From Myxococcales bacterium (GTDB taxonomy: Bacteria; Myxococcota_A; Polyangia; Polyangiales; Polyangiaceae), in assembly GCA_043747615.1 (NCBI GenBank), contig JAYTOU010000076.1:1-64000 (forward strand): a DNA stretch of 64,000 nucleotides, in the 5' to 3' direction. Positions 52,301-60,642 of this stretch are shown in pieces. The translations under genes and the position numbers were made by a program. The notes beneath the pieces are model-generated. The model did not search any database, had not been told where the DNA came from, and saw only the letters and a program-made list of their open reading frames with translations. Within the stretch, counting starts at the first letter, position 1, and each line of letters opens with the position of its first letter.

Positions 52301-55300
52301 TAGAGCGGCCGCAGGATCTCTGCCGCATCTCGGCGCGCTTCGGCGTTGTCGAGCAGCGCTTCCAGCGCGGTGCGACTCGGCACGTGGGCCGGATCAGTGG
52401 CGAGCGCCTGCCGGTACGCTTCGATCGCGCCCGGTGTGTCGTTCAGCCGCACCTGCCGAGCTTGTCCGAGCCGCGCGAGAAGCGTGAGCCGAGTCTCCTG
52501 CGTTTCTGCCAACGAGAGGCTCATCTCCATCGTCTCGACCAGGTCTGCCCAACGATCCGCGATCTCGTAGAGGGTCTCCATCGCCGCGAGCATTTCTCGA
52601 TTCGGACCAAACTCGTCGAGGAGGGCGCGGTAGGCGATAATGGCCTCGGTCACGTCGGAGAGCTTGTCTGCAAGGGTAAGGGCGATCCGTGCCATGACGG
52701 AGCGACGATCGGCGTCGTTCTCTGCATGCCGCTCACGTGCCCGGAGCACGTCGACGAGGGCGCGCCAGTCACTCGTTCGCTCGTACAGCCGATCGAGAGC
52801 CTCTAGCGCTGCTGCGTCGGTGGGGTCGTCCTCGATGCGAGCTTTCCAGGCCTCGATCGCGCCGCGCGGATCGCCGAGCGCGTTCTCGGAAAGATCGCCC
52901 AGGCGACCGTAGAGCTCGCGCCGGGCATCTCCGTCGTCCTCGAGCTTCACCTCTACTTTTAGGACCTGAGCGAGCTCCGCGCTCTTCCCAGCCGCAGCGT
53001 AGATCCGTTCGAGAGCGCGCGCCGCTGGGAGGGCCAGCATCGCGTCGTTCGGATCGATTTCGAGCACCTGCCTGTAAACCGCCTCCGCGCGCAGCGGATC
53101 GGTGAGGTTCTCTTCGTAAAGCTTGGCCACTTCGCTCAAGATCTCGGCGCGAGGCTGGGGCGCCTGGGCCACCTTCGCCGACTCCGTCAGGACCCGAGCC
53201 GCCTCTTCGTGGGCGCCGAGCTTCTTGCCGAGTTCGAGGAGGCGCACACGGGCATTCGCGTCGTCGGGCGCGATCGGGACGAGACGCGCAAAGACGTCGA
53301 ACGCTCCTTCGTTCAAGCGCTCGTCGCGGAACTCCGCCACTCGGCGCAGGAGCTCGCGCTGCTCCGCCAAATCGGTCGCCGTCTCTAGACGGATCTCGAG
53401 CACGCGCACGAGATCTCGAATGGCATCGTGAGCGACGTAGACGCCCTCGAGGACCAGCGCCGCGCGCGCGCGCAGGCCCGGCTTTTCGAGGCACTTTTCC
53501 GCAAGATCGCGAGCATCTCGGTTCGTCGGCTCCGCCTGGAGGACTTCTTCCAGATAGGTGAGCGCGCCGGGCGCGTCGTCGAGGCGCGTGAAGTGAAGCG
53601 CGCCTAGACGCAGCTTCAGAGCGATCCCTTCGTCGAGCGTCGCCGTGGCCAAGCGACCCGCGAGGAGCTTCGCCAGGCTCTCCCATTTCTCCAGGGAAGC
53701 GTAGAGGCCGTCGAGGGCACGGACGGCCTGCTCGTGGCCAGGCTCGATAGCCCGGATTCGCTCGTAGTAAAAAATGGCCTTTGGCTTGTCGGAGGTGATC
53801 TCCTCGGCGACGAGCGCGACCTGGGTCAAAAGATCGGTGCGACGCGTGTCGTCCGCGGCCGCAGCCACGGCTTGCTCGTAGAGCGCTTCGAGATCCGCCC
53901 AGCGTTCGAGGGTCGTGAGGATCTGCTTTAGACGTGAGAATGCCCGCTCGTTCGAGGGATCTTTCGCGAGGATCCGCTCCAAATAAGGCTTCGCGCGATC
54001 CATCTCGCCGAGCATCTCGTCGTAGAGCGTGGCCGCACGCTCTGCGAGATCGAGCTCGACGCGCTCCGGGAGGTTCGTCGGCCCCTCGGGCGGCACCGCG
54101 GCGACGATGGCGTCGACGAAGGCCTGCGCCTGATGGGTGCGGTTCGCAAGCACACCGAGGCGATCCCAGAGATCGAGCTCCATCGGAAACTCCGAGGCGG
54201 CGCGATGGACGATGCTGAACGCCATCGCCGGGTGTCCGAGCTTCTGCTCGTGAACATCGGCAAGGCGCGAGTACAGTGCGATGCGCTCCGACTTCGCGGC
54301 GGCCGTGGCGATCATCACCTCGAGCACTTCCGCCTGGTGGGCGAATTTGTTGGCGGCGCCGTAGATCCCATCGAGCAGCACGGCGGCTCGCGCGCGCGTG
54401 TCTCCGACGGCGAGCAGCTCCTCGACTACGTCGATCGCTCTTCGATCGTTCGGCACCAGCTCGAGTGCGCGCGTGGCCGCAGCGAGCGCGTCGCTCGGAC
54501 GCTTGAGCGGCCCCATGTACAAGCGTGCCAGCTCGATTTCACGGGCAGCGCGCTCCGCTCCTTCGCGTTGATCGCGATCCGTCTCGAGAGCCTCGGCCGC
54601 TCCTTGGGAATCACCCGCCGTGTTGAGGAGGCGAGCGAGAGACCGCAGCGCGCCGCCATGCTGGGGGACGATCTGAAGAATGCGCCTGTAAATGCCGGTG
54701 GCCGACTCGGGCGAAGTGAACACGTCTTCTTCGAGCGTCGCCCACTCGTGGAGGAGCTGGATCTTTTGAGCCGTCTTGGCACGCGTCACTCGGAGCTCGA
54801 AGAGCCAGCGCAGATCCTCACGTCGGTCGGCACTCCGGAGAATGCGATCGAGGGTGAGTACGGTCGTGTCGTCGTCTTCGTTCTCTTCGATGAGCGTCCG
54901 GTAGGCTTCGACCGCTTCGTCGACACGGCCGAGCTCGGTCGCGTACGTCTCGGCGATCTTCGCGCGCAGCACCCGTGTGTCCGGAGCCTTCGACTTCAGG
55001 CGCGCCTCGAGGGTGACAACGAACGCGCCCCAATCGGCGGACGCGCGCGCGGCTTTCTCGAACGACGACAGAGCATCGGTGCGATCGGGCGCGAGCTGGT
55101 AGGCGCGGCGGGCGTGGCTGAATGCGGCCGCACGGTCCTGCAGATTTTGTCCGCACACGTCGATCAGCTTGTGAAGGAGGGCGAGCTTCGCCTCGTCGCT
55201 ATCGGCGTGGGCGTAGAGCACTTCGTAGAGCGCCGGGAGACGCGCCCATTTTTCGTCCTTCTCATAGAGGGGGACGAGCGCAGCGGCCGCACGCTGATCG

Positions 55301-57690
55301 TCGGCGCGAACCACGAGCACGCGCTCGTACGCACGGTGGGCCCGCTCGGGCGCCTGCAGCTTGTCGGCGTACACGTCGGCCGCGCGGTACGAGAGCTCGA
55401 CCTTCGTGTCCGGCTCGGTCGCGCGATCGGCGGCGCTCGACAGAACCTCCGCGAGCCCTTCCCAATCCGCGCTCGCAGCGTAGAGCGCGGTGAGGCCGTC
55501 GTAGTCGCCGGCGGCGATGTACGTGTCGCGCAGAACGCGAAGCGCTTTCGCGTGACCAGGCGAAAGCTCGAGGACGCGCTTCCAGGCCTTCCTCGCGCCA
55601 GAGTGGTCGTGGAGCCTATCCGTGTAAATGGCACCTAATTTCAGGAGCACGGCCAGCTTCGCTTGGGGGTCGGTCGCCAGCGTCACTCGGCGCTCGAGCA
55701 CGTCGCCGACGGTCGCGAAGTCTTTATCGCGCTCGGCCTGCTTTTCCATCGCGTCGAGGGCCGTGACGGCGGACGGATCCTCGCCGAGCACCTTCTTGTA
55801 GAGCGCGGTGGCCTCGGCGCCGCGATCGAGTCGCTCCGAAGCGAGCTTGGCCATCTCGACCCACAGCTCGCGCCGGCGCACGCCCTCACCGAGGCGTTCC
55901 ACCTCTTTCGCCATGAGCTCGTAGAGCGGCTTGTAAGCCCTCCGCTTCGTGTAGAGCTCACGCAGTTTGTCGTTGCCCTCTTCATCGGCCGGCTCTACCT
56001 CGACCAGCTTCTCGTAAGCCTCGACGGCGTTCTGCACGTTCGAGAACTGCTCCAGCCAGCGACGGGCCACGGCGCGGTACAGCTCCGCTTTCACGCTCGG
56101 CTCGAGCTCGAGCTCGGCCAGGCGCATCTGGGTGGTGAGGAGATCGCGCCAGCGAGCGAGCGCTTCGTAGACGCGTGCAAGGTCCCGCACCGAATCGATG
56201 TCCGTCGGGTCGAGGGTGATGATCTGTCCGAGGACGGTGATGAGCGCGGTGTCACTCTTCATGTGCTCGCGGTAAAGCGTGGCGAGCTCGTGAAGGATCG
56301 TGAGACGTGCTTCTTTGTCGGCTGGTGCCGCGCGTTCGAGATCGCCACGGAGCAGATCGGCGAGCGCTGGCCACCCGGCGTTCTGGCGATAAAGCCGCTT
56401 CAGCGCATCGCGGGCGTCCTTATTGTTCGGCTCTTGACGGAGGAGCGCGCGCCATTGCTCGATGGCCTTCGCAGCGCTTGCCCCTGCTTCCGCGAGCAGC
56501 GCCATCTCTGCGGCGAGAGCCGAGCGGGCGGGTCCCTCCGCCATCGTGCGCTGCGCTTCGCCGAGAATTCTTTCGAGTCGCTCGAGGTCCCCCCTCTCGC
56601 CGCACCACTCGCGGAAGAAGGTCAACATTCCCGGGTGTGCCGGCTCGAACTTGCGAAGACGCTCGAAGTAAGGCTCCGCGGCGTCGGAGCGCTTCCGCAT
56701 GCGCCAGTGCGTCATCGCGATCTGAACGAGGAGCCCGACCTCTTGCTCTTGAGCCCGGCGCGGAGCCTCAGTGTGGCCCGGCCCGGAAAGCTGCCCCTCG
56801 TAGAGCGCGACGAGGTGATCCCACTCCTCGCGCTCCGTGAAATGTTCTGCGAGAGCGTTCGTGGCTTCGGCGTTGAGCGGTGAGAGGTCGATCGCCTGCT
56901 CGTACGCTCCGACCGCGCGATCGGGCGCGTTGAGCTTGTTCCGGTAGACGCGCGCGAGACGTATGTACGCTGCAACCTTCTCTTCCTTGACGGTGGTCTC
57001 GAGCGCGAGCTGCTCGAGGGTGCCGCTGAGCGCCTCGTACTCCCCTCCCTCGCGCTGAATGCGCTCGAGGAGAAGAGCGGCGCGGCGGTTCCTCGGATCG
57101 ATCCCAAGCGACGTTCGAAGCCGGTCGACGATCTCGTCCGTGAGCGCTTCGAGCTTCTTCTTGTTCTTTTTTCCTTCTTTGATCTGCGGGCGGCCGAAGC
57201 GGTACGCAACCTCGGCGGCGCTCACCAGAAGCGAGCTCTTGAAGCCCGCGTCCTCGGCGTTCCCGGCTTCTTCGACGTAACGCGCCACGAGCTCCGGCCA
57301 CTTGGCCTTCTTCGCTTCGCTCTTCTCTATGGCTTCTTCAGCGCGCGGGTCCGCGGGCTTCAACTCGAGCAAGCGGCGGTACGCTTCGACCGCGCGCGCG
57401 TCGTCCAGCACCTCCTCATCGAGGATTCGGGCGTGCTCGGCCGTCAGATCCACCTCCGCGTCCGTGCCCTTGGCAATTCGGACTTCTATTTCGAGGAGCT
57501 GGGCGACCGCGTCGTACTCGCGCCGCATCTCGTGCGCGCGTCGAGCGGACTCGAGCAACTTGCTGAGCTCCGCGGCGCTCATCTCGCTGGCGTCCTCTGC
57601 AAGAGCGCTCGCGAGAGAGGTCCAAGCCTTCTCGTTTTCGGGGTCGTCCTGCAGAAGCCCGAGGGCGTTCCGGATCGTCTTCGCGCTCAT
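46309..57690 (-). CDS. Giant (3,793 aa) TPR protein, AgmK/GltI-like architecture
   Basis: Uninterrupted ORF of repeated A..Y..AL..DP....AL..L.RLY.....W..L units; no signal peptide. Similarity to M. xanthus AgmK/GltI is inferred from size and repeat type only. Confidence 0.85.
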   Translation of the reverse strand: MSAKTIRNALGLLQDDPENEKAWTSLASALAEDASEMSAAELSKLLESARRAHEMRREYDAVAQLLEIEVRIAKGTDAEVDLTAEHARILDEEVLDDARAVEAYRRLLELKPADPRAEEAIEKSEAKKAKWPELVARYVEEAGNAEDAGFKSSLLVSAAEVAYRFGRPQIKEGKKNKKKLEALTDEIVDRLRTSLGIDPRNRRAALLLERIQREGGEYEALSGTLEQLALETTVKEEKVAAYIRLARVYRNKLNAPDRAVGAYEQAIDLSPLNAEATNALAEHFTEREEWDHLVALYEGQLSGPGHTEAPRRAQEQEVGLLVQIAMTHWRMRKRSDAAEPYFERLRKFEPAHPGMLTFFREWCGERGDLERLERILGEAQRTMAEGPARSALAAEMALLAEAGASAAKAIEQWRALLRQEPNNKDARDALKRLYRQNAGWPALADLLRGDLERAAPADKEARLTILHELATLYREHMKSDTALITVLGQIITLDPTDIDSVRDLARVYEALARWRDLLTTQMRLAELELEPSVKAELYRAVARRWLEQFSNVQNAVEAYEKLVEVEPADEEGNDKLRELYTKRRAYKPLYELMAKEVERLGEGVRRRELWVEMAKLASERLDRGAEATALYKKVLGEDPSAVTALDAMEKQAERDKDFATVGDVLERRVTLATDPQAKLAVLLKLGAIYTDRLHDHSGARKAWKRVLELSPGHAKALRVLRDTYIAAGDYDGLTALYAASADWEGLAEVLSSAADRATEPDTKVELSYRAADVYADKLQAPERAHRAYERVLVVRADDQRAAAALVPLYEKDEKWARLPALYEVLYAHADSDEAKLALLHKLIDVCGQNLQDRAAAFSHARRAYQLAPDRTDALSSFEKAARASADWGAFVVTLEARLKSKAPDTRVLRAKIAETYATELGRVDEAVEAYRTLIEENEDDDTTVLTLDRILRSADRREDLRWLFELRVTRAKTAQKIQLLHEWATLEEDVFTSPESATGIYRRILQIVPQHGGALRSLARLLNTAGDSQGAAEALETDRDQREGAERAAREIELARLYMGPLKRPSDALAAATRALELVPNDRRAIDVVEELLAVGDTRARAAVLLDGIYGAANKFAHQAEVLEVMIATAAAKSERIALYSRLADVHEQKLGHPAMAFSIVHRAASEFPMELDLWDRLGVLANRTHQAQAFVDAIVAAVPPEGPTNLPERVELDLAERAATLYDEMLGEMDRAKPYLERILAKDPSNERAFSRLKQILTTLERWADLEALYEQAVAAAADDTRRTDLLTQVALVAEEITSDKPKAIFYYERIRAIEPGHEQAVRALDGLYASLEKWESLAKLLAGRLATATLDEGIALKLRLGALHFTRLDDAPGALTYLEEVLQAEPTNRDARDLAEKCLEKPGLRARAALVLEGVYVAHDAIRDLVRVLEIRLETATDLAEQRELLRRVAEFRDERLNEGAFDVFARLVPIAPDDANARVRLLELGKKLGAHEEAARVLTESAKVAQAPQPRAEILSEVAKLYEENLTDPLRAEAVYRQVLEIDPNDAMLALPAARALERIYAAAGKSAELAQVLKVEVKLEDDGDARRELYGRLGDLSENALGDPRGAIEAWKARIEDDPTDAAALEALDRLYERTSDWRALVDVLRARERHAENDADRRSVMARIALTLADKLSDVTEAIIAYRALLDEFGPNREMLAAMETLYEIADRWADLVETMEMSLSLAETQETRLTLLARLGQARQVRLNDTPGAIEAYRQALATDPAHVPSRTALEALLDNAEARRDAAEILRPLYESDGQHTRLLRVLDIEAQYAETVDAKLEIFGQAVDVAEHGLKDPARAFAYAARALRESAPEAEFPKWLERTEGLASVTDKYSELFELLRTVVPDITDGDQQLDVTLKVAALARTRLSDLVAARTYYVKALELRADDHRALESLESLYEETGDASALHDILKRRAEAAGGDEDRKRILFKDARLSDETMKDPAGAIEVYEQILEIGPDDQAFAALERLYTSTERSPDLLTLYERQIGIETNAERKAGLHYKVGAVLEGSLNDTERAFDEFEAALKLDTQHAATVAALERLMAVPAHASQAAEMLEGVYLARLDWRRVMATLEARLVGSEDPDERRTLLRRLAKLHEEQEENYLAALETIAKLLAEDSTDEPTWAELERLARVANAEARLAEIFAAELEKITADEPATAKLAKRTGEIYEAQKNVDRALHFYRRAHAFAPDEDDGSFQAIDRLLRESGRPLDRVALYRQALEYRDDPAVRLATLHTIALLEEAEIHDDDAAIETHRAALEIDETDPHALEALARLYARRERWQDLSELTRRRAEQTALPEDEAKYRLELGKILENKLGDASGAIDEYQTVVHLSPTDASGAAAVNALEALLRAPDHKARIVEILRPIYESTDDWRHLVSVNAERLDLTSDVGEKVAILRESARLWEERGKDTNKAFDAVKSGFVLDPDDGDTRGELERLGAVSKRWDDLADAYESAIVKTEGIGQRELLGALARLHDSKRDDPRSSLNAWDRLFKLDETDLVPLEEMDSLATLLSDWPTLVRVLAKRAELTANDEERASTWRRIGEARRDMLEDSAGAIEAYERALEIEPASAFTLDNLISLHEEKDDAARLVELYRRRIELCGEDDQGLKYQLLMDAANRHELGLSDRREAIHLLTDALAVKPGDPEVMKRLDVLFTAEQMWPELLENMRQESAAATDVEAKRALRKRIGALLAKELEDPRQALVAYREVLDGGYDEETATAIRELGDARDELRAEAADALEPVLRSASRFEELVAVLEMRLRAQTDPTERAATLHSIATVCEASLKDLRRAENALLRALAEEPSSSALHAEIERLAESVGAEGFLRYADALAERAAAILDPAVTTDLYVRLGRIAEEKLKDDARAAKAYVSAGEQSGDTEVVLTALDRLLGRLGDTRALADVIERRVAVESDVAQQADLYHRLASLQINEFEQKGQGLATLRLAVERVPTHGPSRAALHKLLEDAPFFDEAFDALEGVYRALGQSEELAALYERRVARAAEVRDRARARLDLARVLEEQAHAPERAQRVLEASITEDPSDADALGEIERLAALTNGWREAADVLASSLGVAFDHSSGIRAELWIRLGTWRRDKLQDARSAEDAFVQALATDPENGEILRSLEDLRRAPGRERELIMTLRARVRLESSLETKREILKEAKTLAEVTVIDLALAESVLRELLREDEADTWAVDDLTRLRDLAGDHAEVVTLLLRRAELESDEKKIAQLKHRAAKVVTEQLADLPRAVTLYQELFEGDRSDAVASARLRQLYEQEGRSHDLAKLLEVLIDNASTPAARAEIRVDLAKLQDSLDSPSDAVITLRAILDEDPTHAGAVAALSQLLEKGGHDEDLAELLSSQIERARERGDASSELTLQVRLGDVFENRLKTTPRALATYESVLEREPNHVGALEAVARLAESRDDWARAATALATLLKLAVEGGPAGVALALRLASARSRTGDGAGVESALRHALEIDPTNAAARDQLRDLFERTKNYAELATLLVSDADLVLKEHPEAGELPVTIAVPAQVVGARVSMRPVSMPPLEPPTVHVAEIVRLLRRAAEIHLNDRTSPAEAVPLLERASLLVPKDRELLLLLCDAYTASHRERDAAQVLEKVIASFGAKRTKELSIYHHRLGRTLASLGDKDVALAQFDLAFKIDPGSVSVLKDLGVLALETNDLDRAQKTFRALLLQRLDPSIGISKGEVFFYLGEISAKQGDKVKAVQMLERAIENEPSLDRAKAKLIELKG

Positions 57691-57874
57691 CCATCCTCTT
57701 GCGCTTCGAAGCGCGTGTCGTCGGCTTCACATCGAGCTTGTCAAAACGGAAACCTGCAGAAATTACGCAGAAATCCCACGCCCGCGGGGAGCCGATGCTA
57801 CGAGGCGCAAGGCCCGATATCAAGCAGCCATCGTCGCCCGCCCCCACCTCCCGTTTGCGGTAAGCTCGTGGCTC

Positions 57875-58537
57875 ATGCCCTCGGGTCGACGGTCGCTCGC
57901 GCACTCCCTCGTCAATGTCTACGAGACGCTAGCCATTTCCCTCCCGACCGTCGTGGACGCCACGCTTCGCTGGGTCGATAAAAAGGTCTGCGACGCCCGG
58001 CTCCAAGCCTGGGCGCAGAAGGTCGTCGAGCATGCGCGGGTCGATCTCGAGGTCGCGCCGCGCGAAAACACTCTCCCACGCCATCGAGTCCAACGTGCGA
58101 ATGATCACGAAAGAGGAGCGCTTCAACGTCCCCATTTTCGGCGGGGGAATGCGAGCGGCGGGATTCATCTCCATCGACCGGAAAAATTGCCACCGGGCGC
58201 TGGTCGGCCTCGCCAAAGCGAGAGAGAGACGCTCGCGGCCGGAGTGCACATCTGGATCGCGCCCGAGGGGACTCGCAGCCCGACGGGCAAGCTCCTGCCG
58301 TTCAAAAAAGGGGGATTCAACCTCGCGCTCGAGGCTGAGCGGCCCGTCCTTCCGGTGAGCATGCGTGGCACCCGCGACGGGCTACCCGCGAAGGGAGTGC
58401 GATCGAGCCCAGGTGTCCACGTGAAGATCACGATCTCTCCGCCGATTTTTCCAGAGCGCTACAAGCAACTCGAATTCAAAAAGGGACGTGACCAGATGAT
58501 CGCTGACGCGCGGGAGATCCTCCACCGTGAGCACTGA
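57875..58537 (+). pseudogene. 1-acyl-sn-glycerol-3-phosphate acyltransferase (PlsC family), internally deleted with compensating frameshifts
   Basis: C-terminal IAPEGTRS..LLPFKKGGF is intact and the NHxSxxD motif is absent. The block VRMITKEERFNVPIFG..GFISIDR is in a different frame (about 58071-58228). Confidence 0.72.
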
Positions 58538-59585
58538 GCCTGCCTTCGTCGGCTCCGGCTCGACTGGGCCGCGCGACGCCGCACGCCCGACGACCCCCGG
58601 CGCGGGATTGGCGATCTTGGTGAACGCGAACGCCAAGCGCGGCGGGCGGCGCATCGCAGCGCAGCTCGGCCGCATACTGCCCGGCGCTCGGGTGCGCCTC
58701 ACGCGGACCACGGAGGAGGTCGAAGCGTGGCTCCAAACGCTGCGTGACCCACGCTGCATTCTCGCGGCAGGCGGCGATGGAACAGCGATCGCGCTCGTCA
58801 ACGCGCTGAACCGGATCACCCCTGCAAACCAGGCCTTTCCGCCGATCGGAGTCTTGCCGCTCGGCACCGGTAACGCATGGGCACGCTCGACGGGGGCGCG
58901 CAAATTGGACCAATCGGTGCGGGTCCTCGCCTCCCTCCCAAACGGCTTTCCCACCCGCCGCTTCGGAATCGTCGAAGTGGAAGGGACGCTCACGAGCTTC
59001 GCGGGGTGCGGCTGGGACGCAGAGGCCATCAACGAGTTTCGCAAGCAGGTCGAGGCCTCGAAGGGGCCGTCGAAGCGGCTCGCGAAGAGCGTCTACGGGT
59101 ACCTCGCCGCAACTCTCTTCCGCACCGCGCCCAAGTCCATGATCAACGGGCGCGCGCATCTCCTCATCGAGAACATGGGGGACGAGGTCTACACGATCAC
59201 CGCGGACGGCAAGCTCCTCAAGATCAACGGCGTGAAGCACGGGAGCATCCTCTACGAAGGGCTCTCGAGCATCGCGGGCGCGTCCACCGTTCCTGAGTTC
59301 GGGTACGGCTTTCGCGCGTTTCCCTTCGCCGAGCGGCTTCTCGGATTCATGAACGTGCGCGTCTTCGATCGCTCGGCTCTGTCGGCGATGACCGAGATCC
59401 CTAGCCTGTGGCGCGGCGTCCATCCAGTGCGCGGAATGCATGACTGGTTCGCGACTGCTGTGCGCATGACGTTCTCGCGACCGATGGCTCTTCAGATTGG
59501 CGGCGATGCCGTCGGCGAGAGGCAAACCGTAGATTTCAAGATCGGCGCGCGGCAGGTCGAGATGCTCGATTGGCGGTCTCTGTGA
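58527..59585 (+). CDS. Diacylglycerol kinase family lipid kinase
   Basis: LVNANA, AGGDGT, LPLGTGNAWAR, GCGWDA, QIGGD. Confidence 0.88.
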   Translation: MSTEPAFVGSGSTGPRDAARPTTPGAGLAILVNANAKRGGRRIAAQLGRILPGARVRLTRTTEEVEAWLQTLRDPRCILAAGGDGTAIALVNALNRITPANQAFPPIGVLPLGTGNAWARSTGARKLDQSVRVLASLPNGFPTRRFGIVEVEGTLTSFAGCGWDAEAINEFRKQVEASKGPSKRLAKSVYGYLAATLFRTAPKSMINGRAHLLIENMGDEVYTITADGKLLKINGVKHGSILYEGLSSIAGASTVPEFGYGFRAFPFAERLLGFMNVRVFDRSALSAMTEIPSLWRGVHPVRGMHDWFATAVRMTFSRPMALQIGGDAVGERQTVDFKIGARQVEMLDWRSL

Positions 59586-59706
59586 GAGCTCTCGTGCTCG
59601 TCGCTATCGCGTGTTTCCTAGGCTGGTGCCAGGTGGGCTGATTTCTGGGTGATTTTTTGCTCGCGCTCGAAGAGACCAAAGACGTCCGCGGCGTGAAGAA
59701 GTAAAT

Positions 59707-60639
59707 CTACGGCAGCTGCGCGACCGTTTCGCTCGCGCGATAGTCCATCTGCGCGGCGATCTTCGCGCGCACTTCTTTGTCCTCGAAGCGGCCCACGAGA
59801 TGGAGGCCGAGGTCGATCCCGCTCGTGACGCCGCCCGCGGTGACCACGGTGCCCGCATCGACGACGCGCTCGGAGACGACCTTGGCGCCATACGCCGCAA
59901 GCAGATCCATCGCGCTGGGGTGCGTCGTCGCTCGATGACCCCGCAGGCGCCCCGCCGCGCCGAGCAGGAGCGCTCCCGTGCACACGGAGGCCAGGCAGCG
60001 ATTGGCGGGAAAGGCCGAAAGCCAGGCCGAGATCTCGCGGTCCCCGACGAGCTCGCGCGCCCCTTGACCGCCGGCGACGATGACCACGTCGAACTCATCG
60101 AGCTCCGGCCGCACGCGCGCCACGCGGAGCTCCGCTGACGCCGCACGCCACGCCGTCTTGCCGGAGGTGGCGGAGATGATTTCGGACGACGACGTGGGGT
60201 CGAAGCCCATCGAGGCGATCCGCGAAATAGGATCGTAGACCCCCACCAGATCGAGGAGGGTCATTCCTTCGAAGGCCACGAAAGCGAAGCGCGTTCCCGT
60301 GACTCGATCGGGGACCGCAGACAACTCCTCCACGGAGATCGTCGAACGGATCGCCTCGCGAGGAATGGGCCCGTGGATGTGAGGCATCTTCCCCCGCGGT
60401 GTGTCGACGATCACGACAGGCACATCGAGCCGTCGCGGATCGATGCAGATGACCTCGATCTGAAGCTCGCGCGCGGAGGAAAAATAGAGCTTTGCGCTCG
60501 TCGCGGCCTCGTCGCGGAAGGAGGCGTGAATGAAGCCTTCTGCCGCCAGAGACTCCGGGGCATACGGCTCGACGTCGAGGTCCGCCGTGGCTGCGAGGTC
60601 GCGATTCTCAGCCCGACGGACGTGATACAGCCAGCGCAC
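59707..60639 (-). CDS. DUF952-like domain fused to a DJ-1/PfpI (InhA-like) domain
   Basis: N-terminal LYHV..SLAAEGFIHAS..IDP..PHIHGPIP; C-terminal LLDLVG, VAGG, SVCTGA, ATTH, TAGGVTSGIDL. Confidence 0.85.
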   Translation of the reverse strand: MRWLYHVRRAENRDLAATADLDVEPYAPESLAAEGFIHASFRDEAATSAKLYFSSARELQIEVICIDPRRLDVPVVIVDTPRGKMPHIHGPIPREAIRSTISVEELSAVPDRVTGTRFAFVAFEGMTLLDLVGVYDPISRIASMGFDPTSSSEIISATSGKTAWRAASAELRVARVRPELDEFDVVIVAGGQGARELVGDREISAWLSAFPANRCLASVCTGALLLGAAGRLRGHRATTHPSAMDLLAAYGAKVVSERVVDAGTVVTAGGVTSGIDLGLHLVGRFEDKEVRAKIAAQMDYRASETVAQLP

Positions 60640-60642
60640 GGA

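Noticed and set aside
46861..56883. Several long plus-strand ORFs (745, 501, 406 aa) opposite the giant TPR gene
   Set aside because: Antisense shadow frames of a strongly biased gene. The same applies to the ORFs opposite nadB, the PPC protein and the TolC genes.
46309..57690. Very frequent CTCGAG/GAGCTC palindromes suggesting a repeat array or CRISPR
   Set aside because: Explained by Leu-Glu/Glu-Leu codons; no fixed repeat-spacer periodicity and no cas genes.
57302..57874. N-terminal 191 aa of the 411-aa ORF
   Set aside because: Antisense to the giant TPR gene start plus intergenic DNA; PlsC-like sequence begins at the ATG at 57875.
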